Positions 36,152-44,985 of a DNA stretch of 64,000 nt are shown one piece after another. The translations under genes were made by a program, and so were the position numbers. This DNA is from an uncultured Chloroflexia bacterium. GTDB taxonomy: Bacteria; Chloroflexota; Anaerolineae; Anaerolineales; UBA11858. A model generated the notes under the pieces. It worked only from the letters and a program-made list of their open reading frames with translations. It had not been told where the DNA came from and ran no database searches. The first letter of the stretch is position 1; every line of letters begins with the position of its first letter. The stretch spans positions 1,094,611 through 1,158,610 of the forward strand of contig CAVQGY010000002.1 of assembly GCA_963712165.1 (NCBI GenBank), read 5' to 3'.

Positions 36152-38389
36152 CTAGTCTTTATTAAGAGGATCCTCAGGTTTTTGGTCCAGCACCTGCCTG
36201 GGTTGGGGTCCGTCCTGGGCAGGACCGACAATCCCCTCAGCAGCCATAGCATCGATCAGCCGAGCGGCCCGGGTATAACCGATTCTCAATCGGCGCTGGA
36301 GCATGGAAATCGAAGCCTTGTCCTCCATCCGCACCAGTTCCAGAGCTTCCTCCCAGAGAGGATCGTGTTCGGTCTCCTCTTTCATATCCTCAAACATCTC
36401 TTTCTGTTTGAGGGGAATGACTGGCATCTTGGCGTCTGGTGCACCGGAAGCGCTGGTCCCTCCCACCGGCCCCTTGATCTGGGCAGCCAGGAACCGCCAG
36501 TAGCGAACAAGCTTATCAATTTCGCCGTCGGATACGAACACGCCCTGCAGGCGCACGGGAGCGGCAGCATCTGGAGCCTGGAAGAGCATATCACCCCGGC
36601 CAAGCAGGGTTTCCGCTCCAGGTTGGTCCAGGATCACCCGGCTGTCAACGCCGGAGGCGGTGGCAAAGGCGATCCTGGCCGGGAAGTTGGCTTTGATGAG
36701 GCCGGTCACGACATTGGTTGAGGGGCGCTGGGTGGAGATGATCAGATGGATGCCTGTGGCCCGCGCCAGCTGGGCCAGCCGGGTGATGGCTTTTTCGGTC
36801 TCCGTGGGGGCCAGCATCATCAGATCGGCCAACTCATCTATGATCACCACCAGGTAAGGCAGTTTCTTGCCGCCTCCTTGGAGGGACTTCTTGTTGTAGT
36901 CAATGATATTCCGGGCCCCGGCCTCTGAGAATTTTTGGTAGCGCAGGTCCATCTCCCGGGAAACCCACTGCAGTACACCGACGACCCTTTCCAGCTCCAC
37001 GACCACCGGGGCCAGGAGGTGTGGAATCCCGTCATATCCGGAGAGTTCAACACGCTTGGGATCGACCATGATCATGCGCAGATCTTCTGGGGTATTGTGT
37101 AATAGGAAGCAGGAAATGAGGGCGTTGACGCAGACTGATTTGCCGGACCCGGTGGTACCTGCTACCAGCAGATGGGGCATTTCTGCCAGATCAGCTGCGA
37201 AAGCAGCCCCAGAGACGTCCCTGCCCAGGGAAAAACGCAGGGGGCTTTTCATTTTTTTGAATCGGGGATCCTGAATGGCGTCCCGCAAGGCCACCAGCGC
37301 GACCTCCTCATTGGGCACTTCCACGCCGATATAACCTTTGCCGGGAACAGGGGCTTCAATGCGGATGCGGCGGGCAGCCAGGGCCAGTGCCAGGTCATCG
37401 GCCAGGCTGGTGATCTTACTAACCCGCACCCGGCGTTTCTGTCCCCGGACCTCAATGAACTCCGGCTCAATCCCGAACTGGGTGACGGTTGGCCCGCGAT
37501 TTACCTCCACCACATTGCCAGGAGCTCCAAAGGATTCCAAAGTATCCTCGATGATCTTAGCCCGGAGCTTATCAAACTCCTCGTTGGGCTCGACATCCTG
37601 ACCGATATTGAGAATCTCCTGGATATCCGGCAGCACCCAATTCAGCTCCTGGGGAGGTTCACTGAACATGGATCCTATTTCAGCGGGTTTTGTAGGTGCT
37701 GGTACAGGTGTCTTTAATTCCGGGACCTGAATGGGAGTGGTTTCTACCTTGCGGGGAGCTGGTTTATCCTGTTTTGGGAAAAGCTTCTGGAACAGGCGCT
37801 TGAGAGCTTTCCAGAATGCAGGGGTCCAGGCAAAGAGTTCCAGGACCGGGATGCTCAGAGTAAGGCTGAGGCTGAGCAGAATCCAGGCAAAGAGGGCTAC
37901 AGCAGCGCCGGCAGTACCAAAGAGCGACAGCAGTGGCGCCAGAAGAACGCTTCCCAGATATCCACCGCCAATACCATGGGCGGCGATCTCCTGAGAGTCT
38001 GAAAAATCGATTGGAAAAGTGATATAGTGCAGGGTAACCAGGAAGGCAAGGTAAAAAAGGACTCCCCCCAGGCTCTGCTCGGGAGCAGGGCGGGGTGCCT
38101 TCTCTACTTTGCGAAGCAGGATAAAAAGCCCGCCGGCCAGAAGCAGGAAGGGTAAGGGGTAGGCTCCCCAGCCGAATCCCTGGTGGACCAGATCCTTGAT
38201 ACCAGCTAATATCTCATAACTTTGACCTGAGAAGAGACCCAGGCCCACAACCAGGCCCAGACCAGTTAGCAGCATGCCGGTCAAATTGAGGTTGCGTTCC
38301 GGCGAAGGCGCTGGCTTCGACTGCTTTTTTGCCGGTCTTTTGGGCTTGGATTTTGATTTGCTGGTGGTTTTTTTGCGGGTTTGAGCCAT
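36152..38389 (-). CDS. ftsK: DNA translocase FtsK/SpoIIIE
   Basis: Basic N-terminus and TM helices. Walker A VAGTTGSGKS, VVIIDELADLM, and C-terminal winged-helix gamma domain (ISMLQRRLRIGYTRAARLID). ATG 38389 follows GGAGAAG. Confidence 0.92.
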   Translation of the reverse strand: MAQTRKKTTSKSKSKPKRPAKKQSKPAPSPERNLNLTGMLLTGLGLVVGLGLFSGQSYEILAGIKDLVHQGFGWGAYPLPFLLLAGGLFILLRKVEKAPRPAPEQSLGGVLFYLAFLVTLHYITFPIDFSDSQEIAAHGIGGGYLGSVLLAPLLSLFGTAGAAVALFAWILLSLSLTLSIPVLELFAWTPAFWKALKRLFQKLFPKQDKPAPRKVETTPIQVPELKTPVPAPTKPAEIGSMFSEPPQELNWVLPDIQEILNIGQDVEPNEEFDKLRAKIIEDTLESFGAPGNVVEVNRGPTVTQFGIEPEFIEVRGQKRRVRVSKITSLADDLALALAARRIRIEAPVPGKGYIGVEVPNEEVALVALRDAIQDPRFKKMKSPLRFSLGRDVSGAAFAADLAEMPHLLVAGTTGSGKSVCVNALISCFLLHNTPEDLRMIMVDPKRVELSGYDGIPHLLAPVVVELERVVGVLQWVSREMDLRYQKFSEAGARNIIDYNKKSLQGGGKKLPYLVVIIDELADLMMLAPTETEKAITRLAQLARATGIHLIISTQRPSTNVVTGLIKANFPARIAFATASGVDSRVILDQPGAETLLGRGDMLFQAPDAAAPVRLQGVFVSDGEIDKLVRYWRFLAAQIKGPVGGTSASGAPDAKMPVIPLKQKEMFEDMKEETEHDPLWEEALELVRMEDKASISMLQRRLRIGYTRAARLIDAMAAEGIVGPAQDGPQPRQVLDQKPEDPLNKD

Positions 38390-38527
38390 TGCAGATCTTC
38401 TCCGAGAGTCTTTCCGAATTATAGCACGATTGACAAATGAATATTGTGATGGGGAACGGTCATAACGGTGTGTTATGTTTTCAATTTTTCTAACACAATC
38501 GTTTATGGACACCTTGCTGGGAGACAC

Positions 38528-38556
38528 TTTCAATTTTCAATTTTCAATTTTCAATT
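38528..38556. repeat. tandem heptamer repeat (CAATTTT, about 4 copies)
   Basis: CAATTTT CAATTTT CAATTTT CAATT, in the divergent ftsK/rnz intergenic region. Confidence 0.8.
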
Positions 38557-38607
38557 CCTGTTGCGGTAGAATTAGAAATAGAAAAGATTAGGAAATAAGG
38601 ATCAAAT

Positions 38608-39543
38608 TTGTTTGAAATCGTCTTTTTAGGGACCAGCGCTTCAGCTCCCTCCGTGCATCGGGGTTTGACTTCCCAGATTGTTCTGCGGGGGGAACACCGC
38701 TTCCTGATCGACGCCGGGGAGGGTACTCAGCGCCAGATCTTGAGTTCCGGCCTGGGATTCAAACGCTTGGACCGCATCCTGGTCACCCACGGACACCTGG
38801 ATCATATCCTGGGATTGGGTGGATTGATCTCTACCTTCGTGCGCTGGGAAGCGATGGATAAGATCCTCATAGCAGGTGGAAAATCCGCCCTGGGGCGCAT
38901 CAAGGAGCTGCTCTTTGGCGTGGTCTTGAAGGGAAATTATCCTCCTGTAGAGATCACCCTGGAGCCCCTTGAACCAGGCCTGGTCTTCGATGAAGGGGAT
39001 TTTACGGTCAGTGCCTTCCCGGTCTACCACCGGACCCCGGATTGTTTTGGATTTGTGTTCGAGGAGTGCGCCAGGCGCCCATTCCTGCCTGATAAAGCAG
39101 AGGTGTTAAAGATCCCTCCTGGACCATGGCGGGGTGACCTGGTTCGAGGCGAAGCAGCAACGCTGCCAGATGGACGAGTGATCCAACCGGAAATGGTCCT
39201 GGGCGAAGAGGTCCCTGGCACAAAACTGGTCCATGTAGGCGACGCAGGACGGACAGACAATCTGCTGGAAGTAGTCAAAAATGCAGACGCTCTGGTGATC
39301 GAGGCCACTTATTTGGAAGGGGAAAAGGACCTGGCAGAGCAGTTCGGCCACCTGACAGCCAGCCAGGCCGCCCAGCTGGCCCTCGATGCTGGGGTTGGCG
39401 CGTTGATCCTGACCCATATCTCCCGACGCTACCGGTCCGATCAGGTCCTGGAAGAGGCTCGGGAGATTTTTCCACAAATCTATGTAGCCAGGGATTTTGA
39501 TCGCTTCCAGATCAAACGCGGAGAAGTATTAAAAATCAATTAA
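38608..39543 (+). CDS. rnz: ribonuclease Z (metallo-beta-lactamase fold)
   Basis: TTG start. MFEIVFLGTSASAPS, the HxHxDH motif THGHLDH, and C-terminal LILTHISRRY. Confidence 0.88.
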   Translation: MFEIVFLGTSASAPSVHRGLTSQIVLRGEHRFLIDAGEGTQRQILSSGLGFKRLDRILVTHGHLDHILGLGGLISTFVRWEAMDKILIAGGKSALGRIKELLFGVVLKGNYPPVEITLEPLEPGLVFDEGDFTVSAFPVYHRTPDCFGFVFEECARRPFLPDKAEVLKIPPGPWRGDLVRGEAATLPDGRVIQPEMVLGEEVPGTKLVHVGDAGRTDNLLEVVKNADALVIEATYLEGEKDLAEQFGHLTASQAAQLALDAGVGALILTHISRRYRSDQVLEEAREIFPQIYVARDFDRFQIKRGEVLKIN

Positions 39544-39564
39544 AAATTGAATAATATAAAATGT

Positions 39565-39617
39565 AGGGGCCACCCGGCCCTGTCCTGAGCGTAGCCGAAG
39601 GAGGGTGGCCCCTTTTT
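39565..39617 (+). terminator. long-loop hairpin terminator after rnz
   Basis: AGGGGCCACCC (39565-39575) ... GGGTGGCCCCT (39603-39613), followed by TTTT. Confidence 0.6.
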
Positions 39618-39761
39618 ATCGTTCCATTACACCTTGCACAAACGCCTGTCCTCGGGCGTTGATTTATGCTCTAGTAATCACTGATACCTGCCTCACCGGG
39701 GACGGTTCGGAGAGCATAAGGGACTCCGTGATTAGTCGACCGTTAACGGTTAATTCAATAT

Positions 39762-40508
39762 TTATTCGATCTCGATCGAATTCAGCAAGGTGAGGAATAG
39801 CTCCAGGTGGGCTGTATCGACCCGGGCGTAATCATTCTTCCATTTCTCTGGATCTGCGATCTGGACCATATTGGGTGAAGCGCTGATCCGCAGCCAGTTC
39901 AATTCGCTGTCGAATAAAACCACTTCCCTCATATATACACGTTCAGTTTGGGCGTTATCTGGAAGCGTAACCAGATACATCAGCCCAGAAAAATCTCCCA
40001 GGTTGACCTCCCCGATGCGGGTGGATACCGAACGGGGTGTGAGAACAAACTGACCGTCACCCTTTTCCTGCAGGCCTAAGTAGGTGTCGATCCAACCGCT
40101 GCTGATAAAATCATCCCAGGTTCTTCCATCCCGGTTCTCATTGTACTGGATAAGAACATAGTAGGAATCAGGGATGGTGGTGATTTGATCCTCGCGGCTG
40201 GTCCCATAAGGGTAGACCTGGTCAGAGGCGACCTCAATCCGAAGGGAGCCTTCACTCTCATAGACCTCTGGGCCAAACCAGCTGGCAGGGTACAGGAAGC
40301 GGAGGCCGTAATCCTCATTCACATATTCCATCCAATCTCCGTAGGGGTTAACTGTGGGCTCGGGAGATGGGTCCGGTTCCTCAACCTGGGTATCCTGTGT
40401 TGGGGCGCTGGTCGGGGATTCACTCTCTAATGGAGTGGGAGCAGCGCAGCCGCTGAACAGGGCCAGGCAGGTAATCCCGATCAAGATCATAATTATTGTG
40501 TTCTTCAT
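39762..40508 (-). CDS. hypothetical lipoprotein
   Basis: MKNTIIMILIGITCLALFSGC contains a lipobox. No family recognised. Confidence 0.7.
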   Translation of the reverse strand: MKNTIIMILIGITCLALFSGCAAPTPLESESPTSAPTQDTQVEEPDPSPEPTVNPYGDWMEYVNEDYGLRFLYPASWFGPEVYESEGSLRIEVASDQVYPYGTSREDQITTIPDSYYVLIQYNENRDGRTWDDFISSGWIDTYLGLQEKGDGQFVLTPRSVSTRIGEVNLGDFSGLMYLVTLPDNAQTERVYMREVVLFDSELNWLRISASPNMVQIADPEKWKNDYARVDTAHLELFLTLLNSIEIE

Positions 40509-40628
40509 GCTTATCTCCTAAGAAATTTCTAAGTATAGAGTATATATCGAACTGTTAATCTTATCACTGATTACCGATCACTTAATACTTGCTTTGGTTT
40601 ATTCTCCCAACTCCCTAATCTTAGTCTT

Positions 40629-41120
40629 TCAGCCCACCTGTCTGCCGAGCATCGGCGGATTATCCCAGTCCACCGGTCCATGTTCAAAGCGGTTCTGCAA
40701 ACGGGGCAGCACCACCTCTCCCCAGGCCCGGGTGAAGTATTCGAATGCCTGGTCCCACTGACCTCCCTCTCCCCAGCCGTCATGCTCGAAACTTAGCAAA
40801 GTCGATCTTTCCCCAGCAGGTTTGAAGTGCAAAGCAACATGAGTCAGCTGTCCCCGCACTTCGGGCAGGCTGGGCGGGGCATTCCAGGTGAAGGAAAGCA
40901 TTTTTTCCCTCTGGATGGCCAGGATGGTTAAACCCTCCCCGCCGCGTTCGCCTTCTGGAGCGGATGGGTCGAAGTATATCTCGTAAGCGCCGCCAACTCG
41001 CAAGTCGATCCTGCAGTCCGGGGCGAAGAAGGTTTTGACACCTTCCTCGGTAGTCCAGGCTTCCCAAACCTCGGATATAGGCGCGGAGATGACGACCTGA
41101 AAATGGATTTGTTTTGGCAT
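40629..41120 (-). CDS. SRPBCC-superfamily (AHSA1/START-like) protein
   Basis: ISAPISEVWEAWTTEEGVKTFFAP...RVGGAYEIYF is typical of Aha1-domain/SRPBCC proteins. Confidence 0.8.
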   Translation of the reverse strand: MPKQIHFQVVISAPISEVWEAWTTEEGVKTFFAPDCRIDLRVGGAYEIYFDPSAPEGERGGEGLTILAIQREKMLSFTWNAPPSLPEVRGQLTHVALHFKPAGERSTLLSFEHDGWGEGGQWDQAFEYFTRAWGEVVLPRLQNRFEHGPVDWDNPPMLGRQVG

Positions 41121-41536
41121 GGCGTCTCCCTAATCGCTAAAGGATGCAAAAAGTATAGCATACAGGCATCAGGTTCGAATACCTGCCCGGGCATTCGATA
41201 AAAAAATCCTTGAATTCAGTCGAAAAGTAATGTAGGATGATATGGGGTCTATCATCCTGTTCAAGGTTGTTTGCATAATCGATCATCATTGGAGAAAGAA
41301 CATGGTCTATCCAAAGAGCCTACCCATTTCCAGCCGAGTATTAACTCTGATCCCCATTTACATAGTCCTTTTTTTCCTCGATAGCTTGCATTCTTGAGAC
41401 GCTATGGGTTAGGTTATTTTTAGGTGGATCCCGATAATGTAGAGGATTTACTGCAGGACTGATCTTCCCATCCCGCATTCTGGATTCGGGAGGTAGGGCG
41501 GTAGTGCCAAAAAAACTGATCTTGTTGGAGGTAAAG

Positions 41537-42631
41537 ATGAATGATTCAGGGAGAGGAAAATCAAAAAAAACCCTCGCTGTTATCAGTATAGTGATAATGA
41601 TTTCAATTGCTGCTGCGGGGTGCGAGCTCAATGCCATATTGGGTTCAGGTTTTTGGAGCTCAGGAGACGAAGGGTTGGTGATCACAACCGATGGAGAGAA
41701 ACCAGGTGAAGGGTTTCTGTCAGATGATTCAAATGATGAAGTAGCTGGTGGATCGAGTTCCTCAACAGTCCAATCTGGTCCCCTGAAACCGGTCGGTTTT
41801 GTGAATTACGGAGAGTTCGATGCTGCCGTGCGGGCCCAGACTTATATCCCCCTTGGAGCAACAGAATCGGCTATACCTTCAAATGCTTCCACAGTTTCCT
41901 CAGCCAATGATGGTGTGGGTGATTGGCCCAACTCCAGCCGTTTCCTGCTCCTGCCCTTGGGGACCTACAGCTGGTGTATTGACTGGGAAGAAGGTGACCT
42001 GGACGATGACGGCCAGATCGATTATTTTCACTACTTCCAGGAGGGACCCACCCTGCTGGATGAGGAAGACAGCGATGAGCTGGAATTTGCTGAGGAAGTG
42101 GCTATCAGCGCCCCGCCATCCACGGCTCCGATTTATGAAGGTAAATGCAAAGCCTATCTGGCTGATACCCCCTGTGTGAATTACAACAGCGAAGTGAACG
42201 TCTACTCGATCTATGTTATGGAGCAGGCAAATCCGCCTGATATCAGGGTCGCCGCCAATGCAGCAGATCAGGCACCCCCGGAAGGGATCAGTATTGCTTC
42301 GGGAGGCGTATCCACGGGTTATGGGGGCGGGATGATCCTCTGGCAGGAAGGTGATTGGGTGGAGGCCAGTACAAGCGATCCTTATCAATCGATGGGAGTC
42401 CAGGTCCATGGCGACCAGACCATCGGTTGGGCCAGGGTTTTGTTTGATGGAAATGAGATCTGGCGGGGGGATGTTTCCACTTTTGTGATTGCCGAAGGCC
42501 GATATGGTGTTTATGTTGAGGTGAGCTGCTTCCCACCCGGTAACCATATATTAAAGATTGTAGGACTCGGACAGGAAGGCAGTGGTGGAGGGCGAACCAT
42601 CCCGGTATCTTATTTTGGATTCAGGAAGTAA
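41537..42631 (+). CDS. hypothetical lipoprotein
   Basis: ATG 41537 follows GGAGG. MNDSGRGKSKKTLAVISIVIMISIAAAGC contains a lipobox. No family recognised. Confidence 0.7.
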   Translation: MNDSGRGKSKKTLAVISIVIMISIAAAGCELNAILGSGFWSSGDEGLVITTDGEKPGEGFLSDDSNDEVAGGSSSSTVQSGPLKPVGFVNYGEFDAAVRAQTYIPLGATESAIPSNASTVSSANDGVGDWPNSSRFLLLPLGTYSWCIDWEEGDLDDDGQIDYFHYFQEGPTLLDEEDSDELEFAEEVAISAPPSTAPIYEGKCKAYLADTPCVNYNSEVNVYSIYVMEQANPPDIRVAANAADQAPPEGISIASGGVSTGYGGGMILWQEGDWVEASTSDPYQSMGVQVHGDQTIGWARVLFDGNEIWRGDVSTFVIAEGRYGVYVEVSCFPPGNHILKIVGLGQEGSGGGRTIPVSYFGFRK

Positions 42632-42639
42632 ATATCTGA

Positions 42640-42678
42640 AACAGGAAGCGGGATCCTTTAAGGATCCCGCTTCCTGTT
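42640..42678. terminator. bidirectional hairpin between convergent genes
   Basis: AACAGGAAGCGGGATCCT TTA AGGATCCCGCTTCCTGTT. Confidence 0.7.
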
Positions 42679-42680
42679 AA

Positions 42681-44753
42681 TTATCCGCTTTCCCTCATCA
42701 ATATCTCCCGCACATCAGCGGCTGATTTTCCGCTGCTGATCACTGTCAGCTGGTCTCCGGCTTCGAGGGTCGAGTAACCGTGGGCGATATATAGTTTGCG
42801 GCCCCTCTGGATAGAAACGATCAAGCACTCAGCCGGGAGTTGGATCTCACTGACTCGTTTACCGATCACATCCGCCTGAAGGGGGATAACTAATTCGATG
42901 AATTCAGAGTCGATGATCTTGCCCAATTTTTGGCGCTCCGAACGGGATTGGTGCCTCGCTCGTTGGATGATGGCGGTGTTGTAGGCCTGGATGATATCTT
43001 TGCGCCGGACTACACCGACTAGCTCTCGCTCTGCCCCGCGCTTGACCACCGGTAAGCGGCCAATATCCCGGGAACCCAATGAGCGAAGAGCGGTCCACAT
43101 GGGTTCGTCATCATAGGCGGTGACCAGGTTATGGCAGGTGGCGATATCGTGGACGGTTAATTCGTCTGCCGCGCCGGATTCCAGCGCCCGATCCAGATCC
43201 TGGATTGTGACAATTCCAATTAGGACTCCTTCCCTGTCCACGACCGGGAAACCGTGATGGTGGGAGCGTTCAAATTCCTGGGCTAAATCCCCCAAGGAGA
43301 GGTCGGCGGTGACTACGTCCATATCCGTTGACATGGCTTCCCCAACTGTTATGGTCTGCATGACATCTATATCCTTGCCTTCCTGGAGGTGCACCCCACG
43401 ACGGGTCAGCTTGAGGGTATAGATCGACTCAGGGCTGAGGGCTTTGGAGATCAGGGTGCTGGTGACTGTGGCCAGCATCAGTGGCAGGATGATCTGGTAG
43501 TTGCCGGTCATCTCAAAAAGGATCAGGATAGCGGTGACGGGAGCATGGGCAGCTCCAGTAAAAAAGGCTGACATACCCACCAGGGCATAAGCTCCAGGAG
43601 GAGCGGCGATAGCCGGGAAATATGTGCCAACCACTTGCCCGAAAGCCTCGCCCAACATAGCTCCCATAAACAGGGAAGGCGCAAATATACCTCCCGACCC
43701 CCCTGAACCCAGGGTGATGATCGTGGCCAGAATCTTAAGCAGGAAGAGGCCCAGAGTCAACTGGAGGACCAGGCTGCCAGCAAGAGCCTCTGTGATCGAG
43801 TCGTACCCTACTCCGAAAATACGGGGAAAACCGCCGATCTTCGGGGAAAGAATACCCACTACGCCCAGTACCAAGCCTCCCAAAACAGGTTTCAGGTACT
43901 CAGGAAAATGTATTTTATCCCATAGGTCCTCGGAAAGATAAAGCAGGCGAGTGAAAGCCACTGCTGCCGCTGCTGCCAGAATCCCCAGCAACACATAGAG
44001 AGGCAGCTCCCAGCCACTGGCCAGGGTGTACTCCGGGACGGTGAAGGCCCGCAGGTCGCCTTCAAAGAAGTGGGCGATGACATCGGCGGTGACAGCGGAG
44101 ATGACCACGGCCCCAAAATAGACCGCATGCATCTGGCCCAGGATGACCTCGAGGGCGAAGATTGACCCGGCAATGGGAGCGTTGAAGGTGGCGGCGATGC
44201 CTCCCGCAGCCCCACAGGCTACCAGGTTCTTAATCCGTTCATCAGAGAGATGGAATAGTTGGCCTACGGTAGAGCCTATGGCGGATCCGATCTGGGCGAT
44301 GGGTCCTTCCCGACCCACCGAGCCGCCTGTAGCGATGCACAGGGCGGAGGAGAGGGATTTCACGAGGGCAACCCGGGGTCGGATGCGCCCGCCCTTAAGG
44401 GCTACTGCTTCCATCACCTCTGGTACGCCGTGACCTTTTGCTTCCCTGGCGAATTTATAGATCAGCGGCCCGAAGATCAATCCGCCTAGGGCAGGGATGA
44501 TCAGTAAGTGATAGGGTGCAATCCCGCTTAGCAGTCCTCCCAAGCCGCCGTAAAAAGTCCTCTGGAACAAGTCGATCAGTCGTCGGAAAACAACCGCTCC
44601 TAACCCGGCGCCTACCCCGACCAACAGGGCGGTCAGGAAAATCGCTACCGATTCTGGCAGCCGATTCCTATCAAACACCTCGGCCAGGTAAATGCGAGTC
44701 TGGCGGATGGATTGGTATCCTTCCCAGAAAGATCCTGATTTTGTTTTTTCCAT
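42681..44753 (-). CDS. ClC-family chloride channel/antiporter with C-terminal CBS pair and TrkA-C (RCK_C) domain
   Basis: GSVGREGP, GGIFAPSLFMGA, two CBS repeats, and C-terminal VSEIQLPAECLIVSIQRG...GDQLTVISS. Confidence 0.9.
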   Translation of the reverse strand: MEKTKSGSFWEGYQSIRQTRIYLAEVFDRNRLPESVAIFLTALLVGVGAGLGAVVFRRLIDLFQRTFYGGLGGLLSGIAPYHLLIIPALGGLIFGPLIYKFAREAKGHGVPEVMEAVALKGGRIRPRVALVKSLSSALCIATGGSVGREGPIAQIGSAIGSTVGQLFHLSDERIKNLVACGAAGGIAATFNAPIAGSIFALEVILGQMHAVYFGAVVISAVTADVIAHFFEGDLRAFTVPEYTLASGWELPLYVLLGILAAAAAVAFTRLLYLSEDLWDKIHFPEYLKPVLGGLVLGVVGILSPKIGGFPRIFGVGYDSITEALAGSLVLQLTLGLFLLKILATIITLGSGGSGGIFAPSLFMGAMLGEAFGQVVGTYFPAIAAPPGAYALVGMSAFFTGAAHAPVTAILILFEMTGNYQIILPLMLATVTSTLISKALSPESIYTLKLTRRGVHLQEGKDIDVMQTITVGEAMSTDMDVVTADLSLGDLAQEFERSHHHGFPVVDREGVLIGIVTIQDLDRALESGAADELTVHDIATCHNLVTAYDDEPMWTALRSLGSRDIGRLPVVKRGAERELVGVVRRKDIIQAYNTAIIQRARHQSRSERQKLGKIIDSEFIELVIPLQADVIGKRVSEIQLPAECLIVSIQRGRKLYIAHGYSTLEAGDQLTVISSGKSAADVREILMRESG

Positions 44754-44762
44754 CTGATGTCA

Positions 44763-44890
44763 CTCCTTGAAATCGCCAACCCTTTTTTCACTAGGAAATA
44801 AAAAAAGCCCGATCGTTGAAGGATCAGGCGTTGGCGGTGATTTCTCGTCGTCACGTCTGAGGCTCAGCGATTTCGAGACTCATCCGATTT
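44763..44890 (-). promoter_or_regulatory. structured 5' leader of the ClC gene containing an intrinsic terminator
   Basis: On the minus strand: GCCUGAUC (44829-44822) / GAUCGGGC (44814-44807) followed by U7. This is enclosed by GAAAUCACCGCCAAC (44844-44830) pairing with GGGUUGGCGAUUUC (44782-44769), which abuts the AAGGAG RBS. Confidence 0.35.
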
Positions 44891-44929
44891 AATTCTATAT
44901 ATTATATCCAAGTTCAACGTAAATAGAGA

Positions 44930-44962
44930 AGGATGCGGGATCCTGTCAGGATCCTGCATCCT
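44930..44962. terminator. GGATCC-cored hairpin downstream of the FGE-family gene
   Basis: AGGATGCGGGATCCTG T CAGGATCCTGCATCCT. Confidence 0.55.
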
Positions 44963-44985
44963 ATTTGAATACTTTGAGATCCTGG

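Noticed and set aside
35996-36721. 241-aa plus-strand ORF across the C39 gene start, the intergenic hairpins and the ftsK 3' end
   Set aside because: It runs through the terminator hairpins and antisense to the conserved FtsK gamma domain, so it is not plausible as a gene.
39620-39761. Pseudoknot-like pairing (ATGCTCT/AGAGCAT crossing AATCAC/GTGATT) and an ACCGTTAACGGT palindrome downstream of rnz
   Set aside because: It lies between convergent gene ends, so it is not a 5' leader. The helices are short and I cannot match them to any known RNA family. Track ORF 39605-39793 has no support.
41341-41685. 114-aa minus-strand ORF overlapping the lipoprotein gene start. Also a 31-aa plus-strand ORF at 41302-41397 with a GGAGA RBS.
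   Set aside because: The 114-aa ORF conflicts with the signal-peptide and lipobox start at 41537 and has no support. The 31-aa ORF is hydrophobic and has an RBS, but nothing else supports it, so it is too weak to call.
44763-44900. Fluoride (crcB-motif) riboswitch in front of the ClC gene
   Set aside because: The segment ACCGCCAACGCCUGAUCCUUC only superficially resembles the crcB motif, and the characteristic internal stem-loop is missing. The channel is also a long CBS/RCK-containing ClC rather than the short ClC-F type.
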